Made by a program: the position numbers and the translations under genes. 32,000 bases of DNA. Source: an uncultured bacterium. GTDB taxonomy: Bacteria; Auribacterota; JACPWU01. The notes under the pieces were generated by a model. The model was not told where the DNA came from, ran no database searches, and saw only the letters and a list, made by a program, of their open reading frames with translations. The first letter of the stretch is position 1. Every line of letters begins with the position of its first letter. Of this stretch, positions 16,148-24,118 are shown piece by piece. The DNA is taken from positions 1 through 32,000 of the forward strand of contig CAZXEQ010000003.1 of the NCBI GenBank assembly GCA_964640155.1, given 5' to 3'.

Positions 16148-19100
16148 TTAGATGTCTCCCGTCAAGCGGATGAAGAACTTATGAGCATTGTCTTCTGCGC
16201 CTGTTCTAAGATCATCTGAGAAGTCTGTGAAGTTATATCCTGCTCCTAAACGAATATGATCGATCACTTGTCGATCCACTTCGACCAAAAATCCTGATTT
16301 GCGATCGCCTGTTTCAGTTTCTTTTAAGATTCGATATTCCCCGGCAAGATCCCATTTCTTCGTGATGTGGAAGTTGATACGGTTAATCCAAAGATGATTC
16401 TTAACTTCGATAAAATCACTGTCTAGGACGCTGACTTCACCAAATTTAAACGCATATTTTTCTACCAACTGGAACCAACGATTAATGTCGTAAGCTCCTT
16501 CAATAGAGGCAAGATGTGATCTTTCCAAAATATTCAGACCAAAATCAGACTGAGCTTCAGGATCATCATCACTTAAATAAGAATATTTACCAATAAAATT
16601 AAGTCTGTCTGCATAGACGGGACGGTAGGCAAAGCCGGTACCAGCTTCATAGAAGCAAGCTGCATCAATATCTGATGAGCGATTTTCTGTGAGTCCATAA
16701 TTAACTCTACCTAACCATTGTAAGTCTTCTGTTAGTTGCCACTTGATTAAGTTTTGAGTCAAATATTGACGCAAGGTGACATCCGAAAAGCCTTCGTCTT
16801 GGCGGAATTCAAACTTTGTGGAGGCGTTTAACCAATTCCATTTGGAGTAGGAGAGTGTACCTGAAACAGCGTCTCTACTTAAATCATCATCACTATCAAT
16901 ACGTTCATATGTAGATCCAAAAGACCATCCTTTTTGGAGACGTGTTTCATAACCAAAGAGGCTAGATTCTAACTGGCCTTTTCTGTAGTTTGTATACTGT
17001 TTTTCGGTGGTGAAATTGCTTCTTTCATCAATGTCAGTTCGTGTTCCAAATGTGGTTCGAGAAGCTCTTCCTAATGAATGATCCGTGCCCATCATTTGAT
17101 TGATATACATACGTGTTTTCTCACTGGTTTGCGCTTGAACACCTACCAAAGTTGAATTCCCACGTGTTCCAACCGTTTCTTGTCCTTGTAGCCAAATCTT
17201 TTCTGTGACTTTGACATCTGCTCCAACAGAGGTTTGATGATTATCTGGACCGGCAACAGTCACTTGTTGAGCAATAAAGGGGATAAATCTTCCACTCCAA
17301 TGATAACGAGCTTTTGCAGCAAGCGTGTCAGAAGACTCGTTAGTGAATTGGAAAAAGCCCGAAAGAGGATCATCAAAGGTTAAAGGATCTTCAATTTCAC
17401 GATGTTGATATTCGCCAGTCAATTCCCATTTTCCAATGTCATGGGTTAATTGGGCTGAAGTAGTGTGACTTCTGCTTCCATCAACCAATGAAGAGGAAAG
17501 GGGATTGGGTCCACCAATGGTAGTAGGGGAATAAAGACCCACAGAACGTATAGGATCATTTAATAATTTTTGAGTGTCATGACGAACATTTAAGAAAGTA
17601 GTGGCAGCTAGCTTCAGACTTGCTTCCACACCCATTTTTTGTGTGCCTTCTTCGAGGAGAGAAGAGGTGTTGGAAAATCCTGGAGCAATATATGTGTAAT
17701 AAGCTTTGGTTTTTAGGCGATCAGAAAAAGCTGTTTGTGCTTTTAAGCTGTAGGCCTGTTCATAATCCAGATTTGTGTTGAGATAATCTTGAGGGCTAAT
17801 GGCTTTATATTCATCCAAAGTTACATTGATGCTTCGGGTGTTCCCCTGAATGGTTCTAAAATAGGTGGGATCCGAAGCGTTAAAAGAAATACCCCCATCT
17901 TGTGAATAGCGTGTTCCAGATTGATCCCCTCGAGATTGAGCATATTCTGCAATGAATTTTGTCCATTTGCCAAGTTTCATCAAGATATCTCCACCGAGCA
18001 TCTTGTAATCAGGTCCTTGCCGATCTTCTTGAACAAATGTTCCACCGACACGCACATTGTCTAGGACTTGCTGATAGCCTCGAACAGCACGTGTAGGATT
18101 CTCAAATGGGGAAGAGGATAAATGCTCATAATCCACAACAAGAGAAGATGTATTTCCAGGTAAAATATTAGACGAAACAATACTATTAGAACCTGTTACA
18201 GAGGAGAGGGGTTTAGTAAGAATAATTCTTCCACTTCTGTAGTCCATTTCATAGTCAAGTCCTTCCGTCAAATCGATACGTGATGAAACACGCCCTGTTA
18301 CTCGGTCCCGTGTAACGACTTGCACTTTTTCACTTCCTTCTACGACTTGGTTGTATTTTAGATAATAAAGAGAACCACCAGTTCCTAAGAATTCGTCATG
18401 ACCTGCATTAGTTCCATCTTCAGCATAAAAACCTGTAATTCCTCCATAAGGATCACCGTAGGTATTGGTTTTTTCTCTTTGGGCATGAAGTTTTGCTCCG
18501 GATAAAGTTCTATTGTAAGTTGCAAGATCAAGATCAGTTAATCCGGTTTCAAAGCTACCCCATTGAAAATAGGATTTATCCATTTCAAGGAGCAAGAAAA
18601 GATTATTTCGTGTGTCCGTGGCTCTATAATCAATCACCGAACCATCCCCATAAACAGGATAATAACGATCAGGATCCAAATTAGTAAAAAATTTGGTGTT
18701 ATTCGAGCGGGATGTATCCAAAGAAGACGTGATTAAATAACGTCCCTTCACTTTTGCCTTCAAATAATAGGCAATACGCCCATTTTCATAAAAACCATCA
18801 TCAAATTCATCTTCATCTGAAACAGATTCAAGATGAGACGTAACATCTTTTCCGCCTAATTCACCTTCTGCCATACCCACCATGAAGAAATAATTATCTT
18901 GAACATCTAGCTCTCGAACATAAGTAATCGTTTTTCCCTTGGCATCAGTGTTGCTAATTTTTACAACCTGAACTCCTGGGGGAAGAAGGACTTCTTTTTC
19001 AAAAGTTCCATCTTCATGAACATAGGTGTCTTGGCCATTAATTTTAATCGTAGTCCCTGCTTCTGCATGACCTCGAACCATCACGCTGTTTTTATTTGTT

Positions 19101-21655
19101 ACAGGGATAGATTGATGGGGACGTTCGTTATCGTCTAATTGCACAAAAGAAGAACGTTCCACAACTGAAGCGATTTTCTTTTTATGAGTTGGGCGAAGAG
19201 TTTTAGTTACAGTCCAATCTTCATGCGTACCATCTGTTACAAAAAGTTGATAATAATACTCTTTCCCAGCTTCAATGGATGTTCCTTCATCCGTTTTTCC
19301 ATCCCATGAGGTGCGAGAGGGGACAGTAGGCCCCCCTTCTAAGGTTTTAATGGTTTTACCTTTATGATCACGAATTTCAATTTTCCATCCGGTAACCGTA
19401 TCCAAGTAGTTTCCATCCATATAGAAATACAAGGGTTCAAGCCATTTGTCTGAAAGGATTTGAGGTTCATTATTGCTGGCTTGCACATCGAGTTTAGGTG
19501 TGAATTTGTCATATTGCTGCGTGACATGAACTTCAATTTTGTCTTTATAGGCTTCTGGAATTGAAGTATCTGCAGGAACGCTCACAGCAAAATTGGCTTT
19601 GGATAAAATACCTTCAGTTGTTCTGACTAAAAAGGATTCTTCAGTCACAAAAGTTGATCCTGGTGGGAGGCTATGACGATCCACTTTGATTAAATGACGG
19701 CCTGGTTTGACGCCGGGGACATGATAGCGACCATAACGATCAGTATAAACAACGGTTCCTTCTTCCGTCGCTAAACGCACATCAGGAATTCCAAGTTCAC
19801 CTTTATCTTGTTTCCCATTTTTATTTTGATCATTAAATACTTTACCAATAATAGTGCCCAAATCAAAAGTGGGATCACCCAGCACAATGGTTTGTGTTGT
19901 GGACGTATTAGACAATTGAATGTTTAAATTTGAACTACGTGCAACAGCAGGGGAAATATATCTTCTTCCAAGCTCACTTCGTGTTCCTGTTTGAGTAACA
20001 TAGCTAATGGTGACTTCTTCTGAGCCTTGAATGGTTCCTAAATTAAAAGTAAGAGGAGAGTTTCTGGTTGGATCTGTGATTCTCTCACCGTTTCTTTGAG
20101 CTGTTCCATTACGATATTCAAAAGCTTCAGGAAGTTCATCGATTAAAAGTACATTATTGATGGCAAAGGTTGAATTATTTTTAAGATGTAGTTTATAGAC
20201 TAGTAAATCTCCTCGTGAAGCCTGCTTTTTATTTACATCCTTTCTCAAGACAAGGGGATAGCCAGGATCCATAGGAAGAGAGATTTTGGTATCAACCACA
20301 GCGCTAAAAAGCTCTCCATGATCACCCCCAACGACAGCATCATTGATTCGAGAAGGGAAGGTATAGCCTTCAGCAATGGCTCTTAAAGAACGAGAGGATC
20401 CATTTGGAACAATGAATTGAAAGGGGTTATCGGAATCTGTTGCAATCACACGCCCTGAAGCATCTAATAATTCAACGCGTGTTCCTGGAATCAATTGACC
20501 ATTGGTTGAACTGAAAACATCTCCTGTGATTTTTACAGGACCATTATCAAAAGTGGCACAAGCACGATCAAAAACAATATCCCCACCCCCTCCAGCGCCG
20601 GCATCTCCTAAAATGACAAGTACCGCAAAAGCTGTACCCGCAGGCGCTTTTCCAGAAACAGAAAATTGTTTGTATTCACCAAAGGCATTTGCGCTTGTAA
20701 TTTCATCGGAAAGAACTTCTTCGAGCAAATGATCATTAGCATCTTTAAATTCGATTTTAAGTTGGCCAAAAGCTCCTCCAGCCATATTGTCTGTTCGCGC
20801 ATAAATGCTGAAATCTATTTCAGCATCAGGAAGAACACCCCCAATGATTTGAAAAATTCCTGTAAACATGCCTCCAAAAATACCCATTTGAATGGCTCGG
20901 CTTCCATCCAGAGCTGAATGAGCCAATGTGGCGTTATCCCGTTGAGTCACTAGAGCAGATCCCAAAGGAAAACGTGTCCAACCTGGAAGAATTTCTTCTC
21001 CACTGGCTCCTGTTCTTTCAAAGCTAGAGTTGCTTGGAAAGTTGCAACTGGAAGCCGAAACACCGCTGGATATAATTGCAGAAACATCATCAACGAAATA
21101 TTCTGAAGATGAAGCTCCATTCATAGAATGAACAATGGTAAAGCGAATACTTGTGGTTCCAGTAGGAACTGTTCCTGAGATGGTGCTTGCAGAATAAGTG
21201 GATGACGTAGCAATGTTAGTGGAGCTTTCGACGGGTGCACTTGCGCTTCCTATAAATTCTATTTTGAGATGAAGGAAAGACAAAGTGTCTACACCTGTTT
21301 TTTTTGCATATGCTTGAAAGACGACAGTATCTCCAACGGAAAAGCCACTTGTTACATCTTGAAAAGCTCCAGAAAATAAAACTCCAGGACCTCCGAAGGA
21401 AGCTAGTTTTAAATAACCAGATCCAGTTCTGGCACTTCCATTTCCAAATGCAACATTCCACCATTCCGCAGCAGCTGTTGTAACCCCTGCTGTTCCGAAT
21501 TCTGTCCAGCTATCTGCGTTAAAAGTAGGCATTCCTGATTCAAAGCCCTTGTTGTCCAGAACTTCAGCAGCCTGGGCGGGAGTACTAAAAAAAATAAGTC
21601 CAAGTAAAAAGAGGGAGAGTTTCAGAGAATGTGTGTATGAAAGAGTCTTCTTCAA
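16148..21655 (-). CDS. Giant (1835 aa) outer-membrane-type protein: 2 CBM4_9-like modules + adhesin-type Ig-like repeats + large C-terminal beta-barrel-like region
   Basis: TTG start with gagg 6 nt upstream. Signal peptide ...FFSTPAQA/AE. Two CBM-like modules (NKGFESG...YFVDDVSA and NSSFERTG...GDIVFDRA). A DUF11-type repeat (GDLLVYKLHLKNNSTFAINNVLLIDELPEAFEY). An SdrD-B-like repeat (GKVFNDQNKNGKQDKGELGIPDVRL...GRYHVPGVKPG). A FlgD-Ig-like segment (WDGKTDEG...YYYQLFV). The last ~900 aa show alternating amphipathic strand patterns up to ...GAGYNFTDFSDDL. Confidence 0.85.
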   Translation of the reverse strand: MKKTLSYTHSLKLSLFLLGLIFFSTPAQAAEVLDNKGFESGMPTFNADSWTEFGTAGVTTAAAEWWNVAFGNGSARTGSGYLKLASFGGPGVLFSGAFQDVTSGFSVGDTVVFQAYAKKTGVDTLSFLHLKIEFIGSASAPVESSTNIATSSTYSASTISGTVPTGTTSIRFTIVHSMNGASSSEYFVDDVSAIISSGVSASSCNFPSNSSFERTGASGEEILPGWTRFPLGSALVTQRDNATLAHSALDGSRAIQMGIFGGMFTGIFQIIGGVLPDAEIDFSIYARTDNMAGGAFGQLKIEFKDANDHLLEEVLSDEITSANAFGEYKQFSVSGKAPAGTAFAVLVILGDAGAGGGGDIVFDRACATFDNGPVKITGDVFSSTNGQLIPGTRVELLDASGRVIATDSDNPFQFIVPNGSSRSLRAIAEGYTFPSRINDAVVGGDHGELFSAVVDTKISLPMDPGYPLVLRKDVNKKQASRGDLLVYKLHLKNNSTFAINNVLLIDELPEAFEYRNGTAQRNGERITDPTRNSPLTFNLGTIQGSEEVTISYVTQTGTRSELGRRYISPAVARSSNLNIQLSNTSTTQTIVLGDPTFDLGTIIGKVFNDQNKNGKQDKGELGIPDVRLATEEGTVVYTDRYGRYHVPGVKPGRHLIKVDRHSLPPGSTFVTEESFLVRTTEGILSKANFAVSVPADTSIPEAYKDKIEVHVTQQYDKFTPKLDVQASNNEPQILSDKWLEPLYFYMDGNYLDTVTGWKIEIRDHKGKTIKTLEGGPTVPSRTSWDGKTDEGTSIEAGKEYYYQLFVTDGTHEDWTVTKTLRPTHKKKIASVVERSSFVQLDDNERPHQSIPVTNKNSVMVRGHAEAGTTIKINGQDTYVHEDGTFEKEVLLPPGVQVVKISNTDAKGKTITYVRELDVQDNYFFMVGMAEGELGGKDVTSHLESVSDEDEFDDGFYENGRIAYYLKAKVKGRYLITSSLDTSRSNNTKFFTNLDPDRYYPVYGDGSVIDYRATDTRNNLFLLLEMDKSYFQWGSFETGLTDLDLATYNRTLSGAKLHAQREKTNTYGDPYGGITGFYAEDGTNAGHDEFLGTGGSLYYLKYNQVVEGSEKVQVVTRDRVTGRVSSRIDLTEGLDYEMDYRSGRIILTKPLSSVTGSNSIVSSNILPGNTSSLVVDYEHLSSSPFENPTRAVRGYQQVLDNVRVGGTFVQEDRQGPDYKMLGGDILMKLGKWTKFIAEYAQSRGDQSGTRYSQDGGISFNASDPTYFRTIQGNTRSINVTLDEYKAISPQDYLNTNLDYEQAYSLKAQTAFSDRLKTKAYYTYIAPGFSNTSSLLEEGTQKMGVEASLKLAATTFLNVRHDTQKLLNDPIRSVGLYSPTTIGGPNPLSSSLVDGSRSHTTSAQLTHDIGKWELTGEYQHREIEDPLTFDDPLSGFFQFTNESSDTLAAKARYHWSGRFIPFIAQQVTVAGPDNHQTSVGADVKVTEKIWLQGQETVGTRGNSTLVGVQAQTSEKTRMYINQMMGTDHSLGRASRTTFGTRTDIDERSNFTTEKQYTNYRKGQLESSLFGYETRLQKGWSFGSTYERIDSDDDLSRDAVSGTLSYSKWNWLNASTKFEFRQDEGFSDVTLRQYLTQNLIKWQLTEDLQWLGRVNYGLTENRSSDIDAACFYEAGTGFAYRPVYADRLNFIGKYSYLSDDDPEAQSDFGLNILERSHLASIEGAYDINRWFQLVEKYAFKFGEVSVLDSDFIEVKNHLWINRINFHITKKWDLAGEYRILKETETGDRKSGFLVEVDRQVIDHIRLGAGYNFTDFSDDLRTGAEDNAHKFFIRLTGDI

Positions 21656-21804
21656 AATTGCCTCGCTATGGTTTACATTTAAGAAAGATTTTTTCCCCTC
21701 TTAGATTATCCCTAAGGGACTAGAAGATCTTGCGAGGGAATGGGGAATTACCTGATAATACATTAACCCCTATCGCTCCCCTTAATCACAGGGGAGAAAA
21801 GAAA

Positions 21805-23277
21805 CTAAAATCTGTTGATGTCAATCTTCACACCGACTCTGAAATCCCAATCGGGTTGATCACCATCAGGTTCATCTTTAAAATGATCAATCATATGATC
21901 GTATTCTGCAAAAATTTTAAAATTATATAGCCATTCATTTTTTTCAAAACGAGTTGTGTGAAAGGGCATATAGCGAGCTCCAAAACCTGCAAAAGCTCTA
22001 TTTTGAAAGAAAAATTCTCTTTGAGTAGATGTAAGCTCAACCTTAGCATAAGGCATTAACGGTGGGATATTGCCTATCCACGGAAATTTAACACCAAGCC
22101 AAGCAACATCTGTCCAAGTGAAACTTTCATAATCTTCACTGTTAAAGTCGGTTTTCTTCCATACATTCTCCATGAAAAGTTCACCCCAGAGATAATCAGA
22201 AAAACCTTCTCTTTCTTTATCAAAGGGTTTATCCCAACCCCATGCTTTATAAAGGCCCATTCCTGCTCGCCAATCATAAGTAGGAGCAGCAGAGTCAGTG
22301 TCTCGTAAATGAGAAAGATCCATATATTGTCCGAATAAGCGAAAATTACGAAGCCAATCTAGCCAAGGTGTTTGTTTTAAAAATCCAACACTTTCAAGAA
22401 GGTAATATTCTAATCCTGCTGCACCTACAAACTTATTTTCAAACGGGGTGTCATTGGAGCTGAGTGAAACGGTGCCTTCAATAAAAGGATTAAGGGTAGG
22501 CCATCCTTCTTTGAAGTGAAGTCCCTTCATAATAATTCTAAGTGAATGGAAACCAACAATATCATTAAAATAATCTGGATTTGAGATGGTATTGGGTGAA
22601 TCAAAGTTAGTTCTTCTCCAACTAAACTCGCCGAAAGTTTGATAATCGAATCGATCAGTCTCGTTTTTAAGCTCTGTGCCTGGAATAGCAACTCGTTGAA
22701 TCTTTTCATCTAAATGTAAAGGATAAGCTGATTTAGGTTTGAGTGAAGAAGGTGCAGTTTCGTTAGTAGATGAAGATACATTTTCTGGGACGACAGGGGT
22801 TTCTGATATTGCTTCAGTCTTTTCTTCAGAATGAAGCTTGATGCCTTCAGCCGAAGCTTTTTCTGCTACCTGCTTTGCTTGATCTAAAGTTGTATAAGAT
22901 TGATGTCCCACCCAGAAAAGGGAAGTCAATGAACCATCAACTGAAGGAAGTTCAAGTTCACGAATGCTCCCTCCTTGATGGATCTTAAGATGTTCATCAA
23001 TGAATTTTTGAGCAGAATCAAGATCTCGTGTTCCTATGAGGGGTTGGGATTCAACAACAGTCCCTTCAAAAGTTGAAACAACAGAGTATTGAGAGTTTTC
23101 TTGAGCGTTTTCAAAGAGGAGAAAGTCTTGATAAGAAGTTAAGCCTAATTTTTCTTGTAACCAAGAAGGAATCTGGAAAGAATCCTGCGCTTTTGAGGAT
23201 GAGGTGATTGCTAAAAAAAATCCCATCATCAAAAACAGACGAACAATATGATGAGCCGCCCCCTTCGTGTTTCTCAT
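21805..23277 (-). CDS. Secreted 490-aa protein with C-terminal beta-barrel-like region (putative outer-membrane protein)
   Basis: RBS aagga lies 5 nt upstream. Signal-like MRNTKGAAHHIVRLFLMMGFFLAITSSSKA/QD. The C-terminal half is rich in aromatic/alternating strands and ends ...VGVKIDINRF, a terminal Phe typical of OMP beta-signals. Confidence 0.75.
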   Translation of the reverse strand: MRNTKGAAHHIVRLFLMMGFFLAITSSSKAQDSFQIPSWLQEKLGLTSYQDFLLFENAQENSQYSVVSTFEGTVVESQPLIGTRDLDSAQKFIDEHLKIHQGGSIRELELPSVDGSLTSLFWVGHQSYTTLDQAKQVAEKASAEGIKLHSEEKTEAISETPVVPENVSSSTNETAPSSLKPKSAYPLHLDEKIQRVAIPGTELKNETDRFDYQTFGEFSWRRTNFDSPNTISNPDYFNDIVGFHSLRIIMKGLHFKEGWPTLNPFIEGTVSLSSNDTPFENKFVGAAGLEYYLLESVGFLKQTPWLDWLRNFRLFGQYMDLSHLRDTDSAAPTYDWRAGMGLYKAWGWDKPFDKEREGFSDYLWGELFMENVWKKTDFNSEDYESFTWTDVAWLGVKFPWIGNIPPLMPYAKVELTSTQREFFFQNRAFAGFGARYMPFHTTRFEKNEWLYNFKIFAEYDHMIDHFKDEPDGDQPDWDFRVGVKIDINRF

Positions 23278-23394
23278 CGTATCCTTACTGAAAAGGTGAG
23301 AACTAAAAACAATAGGGACATACTAATAAAGCGTACGTTTTTGTGCAAGGAAAATTTTAGAAAGATTAAGATTTCTAAATTTGCTGATAAAAAA

Positions 23395-23829
23395 TTATTG
23401 AATCAGTTCTTGAACATTATCATCAAATTCAATATTCACCAAAGTCCAATCCACGTTTTTATAGAAAAGAAATGTCCATCGCAAAGGATAATTTGTGTGT
23501 TTGGAAAGAAAGATAACTTTGCACAAGGTATCGGCTGTTGTAGAAGAGGAGACATAGACGCTTCCTTGTACTGAGCCATAAAGAGAAATTGCATTGGTGG
23601 TTTGGCCAATCAAATTTTCGACTTGGGCAGGATTTTTACCAATGGCGCCTCCTTCAATGATTTTTTGAATAGCAGGTTGAACTTGGCCATTTTGAAGTTG
23701 AGTAAAGAAGGCGTGAATTTTTTCTTGAACAGTAGAAGGAAGAGTTTCTGCGTTTGTGGTCTTTGAAAAGCTTAAGAAACTTGTTAATGCCAATAAACTT
23801 AAAACGATAGAAGTTTTACGTGTTTTCAT
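23395..23829 (-). CDS. Small (144 aa) secreted protein of unknown function
   Basis: An internal ATG at 23829 is preceded by aaggag. It gives MKTRKTSIVLSLLALTSFLSFSKTTNA/ET, a clean signal peptide. The longer listed ORF start at 23886 has no RBS and adds a non-signal extension. Confidence 0.7.
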   Translation of the reverse strand: MKTRKTSIVLSLLALTSFLSFSKTTNAETLPSTVQEKIHAFFTQLQNGQVQPAIQKIIEGGAIGKNPAQVENLIGQTTNAISLYGSVQGSVYVSSSTTADTLCKVIFLSKHTNYPLRWTFLFYKNVDWTLVNIEFDDNVQELIQ

Positions 23830-23897
23830 AATATGTCTCCTTAATATGATGTGAGTTGTAATCCCATAACGGGTATTATCGCACAAACCTGACCTTT

Positions 23898-23927
23898 TTG
23901 AATAGACTCTTATGATCCCGTTATATA
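23898..23927 (+). promoter_or_regulatory. Sigma-70-like promoter candidate for the GC-rich structured element
   Basis: TTGAAT (23898-23903), 18-nt spacer, TATATA (22-27 within 239xx). This places the predicted start at about the first bases of the closing stem (aaaGTGTGTCC). Confidence 0.3.
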
Positions 23928-24052
23928 AAGTGTGTCCTCTAGATAAGAGACGGGGCCTGCCACTCGTCAGGCCCCATCGTGCTCATGAAAAATTGCGCGC
24001 GGCGGGGCTCCTCGTCGAGTGTCCCCCGTATTTATGAAGGACACACTTTTTT
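23927..24052 (+). ncRNA. Candidate ~125-nt structured RNA (unknown class; sRNA or riboswitch/attenuator upstream of the exporter operon)
   Basis: A 12-bp terminal stem: aaagtgtgtcct (23927-23938) pairs with aggacacacttt (24038-24049), followed by a T6 tract. It encloses the hairpin ggggcctg-ccactcgt-caggcccc (23952-23975) and a second G4/C4 hairpin (24003-24028). By hand count about 54 of 80 nt are G+C at 23951-24030, in an otherwise AT-rich window. Confidence 0.4.
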
Positions 24053-24118
24053 GCATACGATCATTCTTATTGTCTTTTGTATTATCCGTTTACTCTATAC
24101 AGTCAATGTCATAAAATC

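Noticed and set aside
16148-21655. TonB-dependent receptor / SusC-like assignment for the giant outer-membrane-type protein.
   Set aside because: I recognised no TonB box or plug-domain motifs, and no SusD-like lipoprotein gene is adjacent. The N-terminal region consists of CBM-like and Ig-like repeats instead.
23248-23574. 108-aa plus-strand ORF spanning the gap between two minus-strand genes.
   Set aside because: It overlaps the start of one minus-strand gene and the 3' end of another. It has no RBS and a low-complexity Lys/Ile/Phe composition typical of an AT-rich shadow frame.
23830-23886. Longer N-terminus (MCDNTRYGITTHIILRRHI...) for the ORF listed as 23395..23886.
   Set aside because: There is no RBS. 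The extension precedes a perfect signal peptide that begins at the internal ATG 23829, which does have aaggag upstream.
23952-24028. On the minus strand both hairpin loops read GACGAG (cctGACGAGtgg and ctcGACGAGgag). This recalls the hammerhead CUGAnGA core and the ACGR loops of guanidine-II (mini-ykkC) riboswitches.
   Set aside because: There is no GAAA element, three-way junction or cleavage-site context for a hammerhead. The loops are 8 nt or longer rather than ACGR tetraloops closed by G-C pairs. The T-tract and promoter-like boxes favour the plus strand. The element is kept only as an unclassified RNA candidate.
24077-24118. TTG start at 24077 for the HlyD-family gene.
   Set aside because: The extra 14 residues (MYYPFTLYSQCHKI) precede the membrane anchor and have no RBS. 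The first ATG at 24119 is a simpler start, though still unverified.
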